DNA from: Candidatus Methylomirabilota bacterium
GTDB lineage: Bacteria > Methylomirabilota > Methylomirabilia > Rokubacteriales > CSP1-6
Direction: 5' to 3'
NCBI GenBank assembly: GCA_035315345.1
Contig: DATFYA010000095.1
Span: forward strand, 8,449-72,448
DNA length: 64,000 bases
A program made the position numbers and the translations under genes. Positions 61,398-64,000 of the stretch are shown here, piece after piece (within the stretch, counting starts at the first letter, position 1; each line of letters begins with the position of its first letter). The notes beneath the pieces are model-generated. The model had not been told where the DNA came from. It saw nothing but the letters and a program-made list of their open reading frames with translations, and searched no databases.

Positions 61398-62584
61398 GCT
61401 AGCATGCCGCGCCGCCGACGCAGCCGCAGACGCCAGAAGCAGGCGAGCGCGGTGACGCCGGCCAGGGCGATGGCGGTGGTCATCGGCCGCGCGGTTCCGT
61501 CGTCGAAGCGGGCGACCGCCACGCTGTAGAGCGCCGAGCCGGTCATCTGAAGGAAGCTGGCCACCGCGGCGGCGAGGCCGGCCATGCGCGGGAACGGCCC
61601 GATGGCGCCGGCGATGCCGTTGGGCAGCGTGAGGCCCAGGCCGATGGCGAAGACGTACATCGGCGCGACGATCGCCGCGACCGACAGGATCCCGCTCCAC
61701 GCCAGCGCGGCGAGCACCACGCCGGCCCCGGCGCCCAGGCCGGTGCCGCAGAAGATCGTGCGATCGAGGCCGAGCTGGGTCCCGAAGCGGCTCGACAGGA
61801 AGGTGCCGGTCATGATCCCGAGCGCGACGGCGCCGAAGCAGAACCCGAAGACGCTCGGCGAGACGCCGAGCACGCCGATCAGCACGAACGGAGAGCCCGA
61901 GATGAACGCGAACTGGCCGCCGAACATCAGCGCGTTCACCAGCACGTAGGCGAGGTAGGCCCGGTCGGAGAGCAGGCGGGCGACGTTGCGGCCCATCGCG
62001 CCCGGCTGCAGCGCGGAGGGATCGCGCCGCACGTTGGTCTCGTGGACGCCCGCCGCCATCAGGGCCACGAAGAACGTGCCCGCGCCGGCGAGCACGAGGA
62101 AGACCGCGCGCCAGCCGAAGGTCTGGTGCACGTAGCCGCCGAGCACGGGAGCCAGCATGGGATTCAGCGACTGGACCATCGCCATGTAGGAGAAGACGCG
62201 CGCCGCGCGCTCGGGCCCGTGCAGATCGCGGATGACCGCGCGGGCGACCACCGGCCCGGCCCCGCCGCCGAGCGCCTGGAGCACGCGCGCGCCGATCAGC
62301 ACGCCGATGGAGGAGGCCAGCGCGCAGGCGAGCCCGGCCGCCGCGTAGAGGGCCAGGCCGGCGATGAGCACCCAGCGCCGCCCGAAGCGGTCCGACAGCG
62401 GGCCGTAGACGAGCTGCGACGCCGCGAAAGCCATCAGGAAGAGCGTGACCGTGAGCTGCACCGTCGCGGGCGGGGCGGCGAAGGCGGTGGCGATCGCGGG
62501 CAGCGAGGGCAGGAACATGTCGATGGACAGAGCGCCCAGCCCGACCACCGCGGTCAGCAGCACCTCGACGCGCACCCAGGTCAT
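61394..62584 (-). CDS. MFS transporter, Bcr/CflA-type drug resistance subfamily
   Basis: Internal Met MTWVRVEVLL of ORF 61394..62638(-). It has 12 TM helices. Motifs: IDMFLPSLPAIA and GPLSDRFGRR. Confidence 0.8.
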   Translation of the reverse strand: MTWVRVEVLLTAVVGLGALSIDMFLPSLPAIATAFAAPPATVQLTVTLFLMAFAASQLVYGPLSDRFGRRWVLIAGLALYAAAGLACALASSIGVLIGARVLQALGGGAGPVVARAVIRDLHGPERAARVFSYMAMVQSLNPMLAPVLGGYVHQTFGWRAVFLVLAGAGTFFVALMAAGVHETNVRRDPSALQPGAMGRNVARLLSDRAYLAYVLVNALMFGGQFAFISGSPFVLIGVLGVSPSVFGFCFGAVALGIMTGTFLSSRFGTQLGLDRTIFCGTGLGAGAGVVLAALAWSGILSVAAIVAPMYVFAIGLGLTLPNGIAGAIGPFPRMAGLAAAVASFLQMTGSALYSVAVARFDDGTARPMTTAIALAGVTALACFWRLRLRRRRGMLA

Positions 62585-62718
62585 ATATCCCAGCCCTGGC
62601 CGAAACGATAGACTAGGTCGCCGCTGACGACCGGCCACGACACCAAGGAGTCATGGGGCGGGTGACCGCCTTCCGGCGCCGCGGTAGAATGACGCCGGAC
62701 ACCACGGAGGCGGATGAC

Positions 62719-64000
62719 ATGGACAAGTACGAGTACTTCAGCGGGATCCCGGAGGTGGGCATCGTCCCGCGGGCGCCGCACGTGGGCCCCCTCCTCCAGC
62801 ACGTCTACGAGCAGGAGCACGGCCGCGGCGGCTTCGCGGGCAAGGTCACCCACACCTATCATCTCTATCCGCCCAACAACTGGCTGCCCGGCGAGACCGG
62901 CACGCTCGCCGGCTTCGCGCCGCTGTGGGAGTCGGCGATGCAGCCGGTGGGCGGCGTGCACCACGCCCTCGGTGTGGCGCGGCCGCCCGAGGCGCGCGAC
63001 GTCTATCGCGGCATGGCGCGCCTGGTCGCCAACGCCACCGTGGCCATGAACGTGACCGCGCCCACCGCGCCGATGGACTATCTCTTCGAGCATCACTCGG
63101 CCACGCTCGTGTTCTTCGTCCACCAGGGCCACGGCACGCTCGAGACGCTCTTCGGTCCCATCGCGTACGGGCCGGGCGACTTCCTGGTGGTGCCCAAGGG
63201 CATTCCGCATCGCTTCGAGACTGGCGCCGGCCCGCACTACTACTGGATGTACGAGAGCTTCACCGGCGATCCGGAGAAGTCGGAGGCCGCGACCACCGGG
63301 CGGTTCATCACCCACAGCCGGAGCGACTACCGCTATCCCCGCTCGCTCGATACCCGCAACGAGGCGGGCCGCTTCGAGGTCATCTCCAAGGTCGGCTCGG
63401 TCTACACCCGTCGCGTGCACCCCACCCATCCCTTCGACGTGGTGGGCTGGCGCGGCGACTACCTGCCGTACCGCTTCGCGGTGGAGGACGTGCGGCCCCT
63501 CACCGCGGACCGCTCGCACGTTCCCCCGTCGGGGCACACCGTCTTCACGCTGCCCGGCTGCTACCTCTGCGTCTTCACGGTGCGGTCGGTGGAGAAGGAA
63601 GGGATGTGGCTGCCGTTCTTCCACCGCAACCTCGACTACTGCGAGACGATCGGCTACCACTTCGGCGACTTCTTCAGCCGCGGCGGCGTGATCCGCGCGG
63701 GCATGGTCACCGTGCACCCGGTCGGCCTGCCGCACGGGCCGCAGCCCTCGGCGCTCCGCGCCTTCATGGACGGGCACCGGCCGCCGCTCCACAACGAGGT
63801 CGGCGTGATGGCCGACTTCGTCAACCCGGTGCAGATCTCGGAGTACGCGCTGGGACTCTCGCAGCCCGACTACATGGCGAGCTGGGACGGCTACACCACC
63901 GACTCGCGTTTCGTCCACCGTCCCGATCGCCTGGCCGAGGTGCGCGCCCTCGCGGACCGTCTCGCCGACGCGCGCGACGAGCTGCGCCCGCGCTCCGACG
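62719..64000 (+). CDS. homogentisate 1,2-dioxygenase-family (cupin) protein, 3' end beyond window
   Basis: Not in the ORF track because there is no stop inside the window. ATG at 62719, 7 nt after GGAGG. Translation gives MDKYEYFSGIPEVG...FLVVPKGIPHRFE...FFHRNLDYCETIGYHFG...VHPVGLPHGPQP. High GC3 is consistent with coding. Confidence 0.6.
   Translation, partial: MDKYEYFSGIPEVGIVPRAPHVGPLLQHVYEQEHGRGGFAGKVTHTYHLYPPNNWLPGETGTLAGFAPLWESAMQPVGGVHHALGVARPPEARDVYRGMARLVANATVAMNVTAPTAPMDYLFEHHSATLVFFVHQGHGTLETLFGPIAYGPGDFLVVPKGIPHRFETGAGPHYYWMYESFTGDPEKSEAATTGRFITHSRSDYRYPRSLDTRNEAGRFEVISKVGSVYTRRVHPTHPFDVVGWRGDYLPYRFAVEDVRPLTADRSHVPPSGHTVFTLPGCYLCVFTVRSVEKEGMWLPFFHRNLDYCETIGYHFGDFFSRGGVIRAGMVTVHPVGLPHGPQPSALRAFMDGHRPPLHNEVGVMADFVNPVQISEYALGLSQPDYMASWDGYTTDSRFVHRPDRLAEVRALADRLADARDELRPRSD

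Noticed and set aside
1-64000. Mobile elements, prophage, defence islands or toxin-antitoxin pairs.
   Set aside because: I recognised no integrase, transposase, recombinase, phage structural, restriction-modification, Cas or TA-like proteins in any frame. The only compositional outlier is the PEP-CTERM gene region.

Overview
Very GC-rich bacterial chromosomal window (about 70% G+C by eye, not computed). I can support about 66 tightly packed protein-coding genes, many joined by ATGA/GTGA/TGATG stop-start overlaps. I recognised no rRNA, tRNA, CRISPR array, transposase or integrase.

Gene blocks in order:
1. trxB plus a Prx5-type peroxiredoxin.
2. A selenocysteine-containing formate dehydrogenase operon, fdhD-fdnG(UGA)-fdhE-fdnH-nrfD-like, followed by a short LLM-like gene, a second fdhD, and a decayed deazaflavin-nitroreductase remnant.
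3. A pyridine-nucleotide-disulfide oxidoreductase::SelD fusion.
4. An aldehyde dehydrogenase plus a CoxM/S/L-like molybdenum hydroxylase.
5. A tungstate/molybdate block: tupAB, a ModE-like HTH gene, modA-mop-modB-modC plus a second TOBE ATPase, and moaC.
6. An HDAC-like gene, a HAMP adenylate cyclase, envelope lipoproteins (polysaccharide deacetylase, TPR-LysM, Pal) and MscS.
7. A 1-Cys peroxiredoxin, small secreted proteins and the Lhr helicase.
8. A flavin monooxygenase, an LLM monooxygenase and an FMN reductase.
9. A PEP-CTERM protein next to two genes that the ORF track splits.
10. tmk-holB-PSP1-metG.
11. ctaC-ctaD-ctaE translationally coupled to an NRAMP transporter and two PRC-barrel-like genes.
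12. An SDR, membrane proteins, a CNNM/CorC protein, TatD, a DUF2007 protein, an MFS transporter and a homogentisate-dioxygenase-like gene.

The strongest hidden signal is selenium recoding. Besides the FDH UGA, two adjacent signal-peptide-bearing genes (a peroxiredoxin and a TlpA/thioredoxin-like protein, 42383-43473, minus strand) each carry an in-frame TGA exactly at the catalytic Cys position, with a hairpin shortly downstream. Read as Sec, they form an extracytoplasmic selenoprotein pair that standard ORF calling breaks into four fragments.

Other points worth a second look: a 17-bp tandem repeat spanning a stop/start junction, GC-rich palindromic REP-like elements (one apparently in frame inside metG), a tupAB pair with no adjacent ATPase, and an NRAMP gene embedded in the oxidase operon.

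All calls come from reading the translations and sequence by eye. No database search or folding program was run.
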